Positions 63,280-64,000 of a DNA stretch of 64,000 bases are shown here, one piece after another (position 1 is the stretch's first letter; each line of letters begins with the position of its first letter). A program made the translations under genes and the position numbers. Below the pieces are notes generated by a model. The model had not been told where the DNA came from. It saw only the letters and a program-made list of their open reading frames with translations, and made no database searches. The DNA comes from Candidatus Eremiobacteraceae bacterium (GTDB lineage: Bacteria > Vulcanimicrobiota > Vulcanimicrobiia > Eremiobacterales > Eremiobacteraceae): the NCBI GenBank assembly GCA_035314825.1, contig DATFYX010000034.1, forward strand, positions 2,036 through 66,035, given 5' to 3'.

Positions 63280-63803
63280 TCCGTTCAACCACAATCGTCG
63301 GGGTGTTGCGCGATGGACACATCGCGATCGGCGGCGATGGCCAGGTCACGCTCGATAAAGTCGTCATGAAACATCACGCGCGCAAAGTGCGCGCGGTCGG
63401 CGGAGGCAAAGTGCTTGCTGGTTTCGCCGGTTCAGCCGCGGACGGCATCACGCTACTCGACAAATTCGAAGCCAAGCTGCAAGAGTTCCGCGGCAACATC
63501 ACCCGCGCGTCGGTCGAGCTGGCCAAGGATTGGCGCCAGGATCGGTACTTGCGCCGCCTCGAGGCGCTGCTGATCGTCGGCGACACCGAGCATCTCTTCG
63601 TGCTTTCGGGCACCGGCGACGTGGTCGAACCCGACGATAACATCGCCGCGATCGGCTCCGGCGGCCCGTACGCCCAAGCCGCCGCGCTGGCGTTGATCAA
63701 GAACACTCCGCTAAGCGCAGAAGACATCGTGCGCGAAGCGTTGCAGGTCGCTGGGCGCATCGACATCTACACGAACGACGATATCGCGATCGAGACGCTG
63801 TGA
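63276..63803 (+). CDS. hslV: ATP-dependent protease subunit HslV
   Basis: (M)[25 protein letters not shown]...[17 protein letters not shown]...[11 protein letters not shown]. The ATG overlaps the trmFO TGA. Confidence 0.95.
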   Translation: MIRSTTIVGVLRDGHIAIGGDGQVTLDKVVMKHHARKVRAVGGGKVLAGFAGSAADGITLLDKFEAKLQEFRGNITRASVELAKDWRQDRYLRRLEALLIVGDTEHLFVLSGTGDVVEPDDNIAAIGSGGPYAQAAALALIKNTPLSAEDIVREALQVAGRIDIYTNDDIAIETL

Positions 63804-64000
63804 GCGTGCAGGTCCGCGCGGACTACCCGCGTCTCGGACCGCTGCTCGCCAGGGCGTTCGACGAGGCGCTGTATGCGACGGTGGGCTCCTGGCCCGTCGT
63901 CCTGATCCTGGTCGTGGTGAGCGCTGCTGGCGCCGCCCAAGGCACCGGAGCGCTAGCGCTCAACATATGCACCATCCCCTGGGCGTATTTCGCGGGCGCC
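63800..64000 (+). CDS. Hypothetical protein, 5' fragment running off the window (not HslU-like)
   Basis: The frame is open from GTG 63800 (overlapping the hslV TGA) to the window end: [44 protein letters not shown]... High-GC3 codons and one hydrophobic helix. Confidence 0.4.
   Translation, partial: MSVQVRADYPRLGPLLARAFDEALYATVGSWPVVLILVVVSAAGAAQGTGALALNICTIPWAYFAGA

Overview
GC-rich bacterial chromosomal segment (roughly two-thirds G+C by eye, not computed). It is densely coded, with about 60 CDS, and many genes are joined by ATGA/GTGA/TAATG start-stop overlaps. Content is mostly housekeeping. It includes miaB-mutS-(GAF-GGDEF)-mutL-miaA-hfq-dapF, der-plsY-efp, uvrC, topA-trmFO-hslV, hemL, ubiX, murI plus an AmiC-type amidase, secG, tRNA-Pro(CGG) and tmRNA. 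More accessory-looking blocks are: marR-MFP-TolC followed by three tandem family-5 solute-binding lipoproteins; two AMP-ligases divergent from a Liv-type ABC transporter; an OmpR/HK pair convergent with an HD-GYP protein; and a cupredoxin / LeuA-like / UPF0158 trio. The mutS-mutL-miaA-hfq and topA-trmFO-hslV orders resemble those known from Firmicutes. TolC and an AMIN-domain amidase point to a diderm envelope (inference). I found no CRISPR array, transposase, integrase, prophage or recognisable multi-gene defence system, and I cannot support a claim of a new multi-gene system here. The most unusual signal is a short REP-like palindromic element, T-G-(G/T)-A-G-C-GGTCGAAT-NN-ATTCGACC, at 8 loci. 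Some copies sit in-frame inside two CDSs, three copies supply the last codons and stop of genes, and two copies carry compensatory stem substitutions. Second, several conserved genes (hemL, a YhbQ-like GIY-YIG gene missing from the ORF track, one SBP, possibly a cupredoxin) have no in-frame ATG/GTG/TTG where the conserved N-terminus requires one. This implies CTG/ATA/ATT initiation or local sequence errors. All protein calls rest on motif recognition in the supplied translations. No database search was run.
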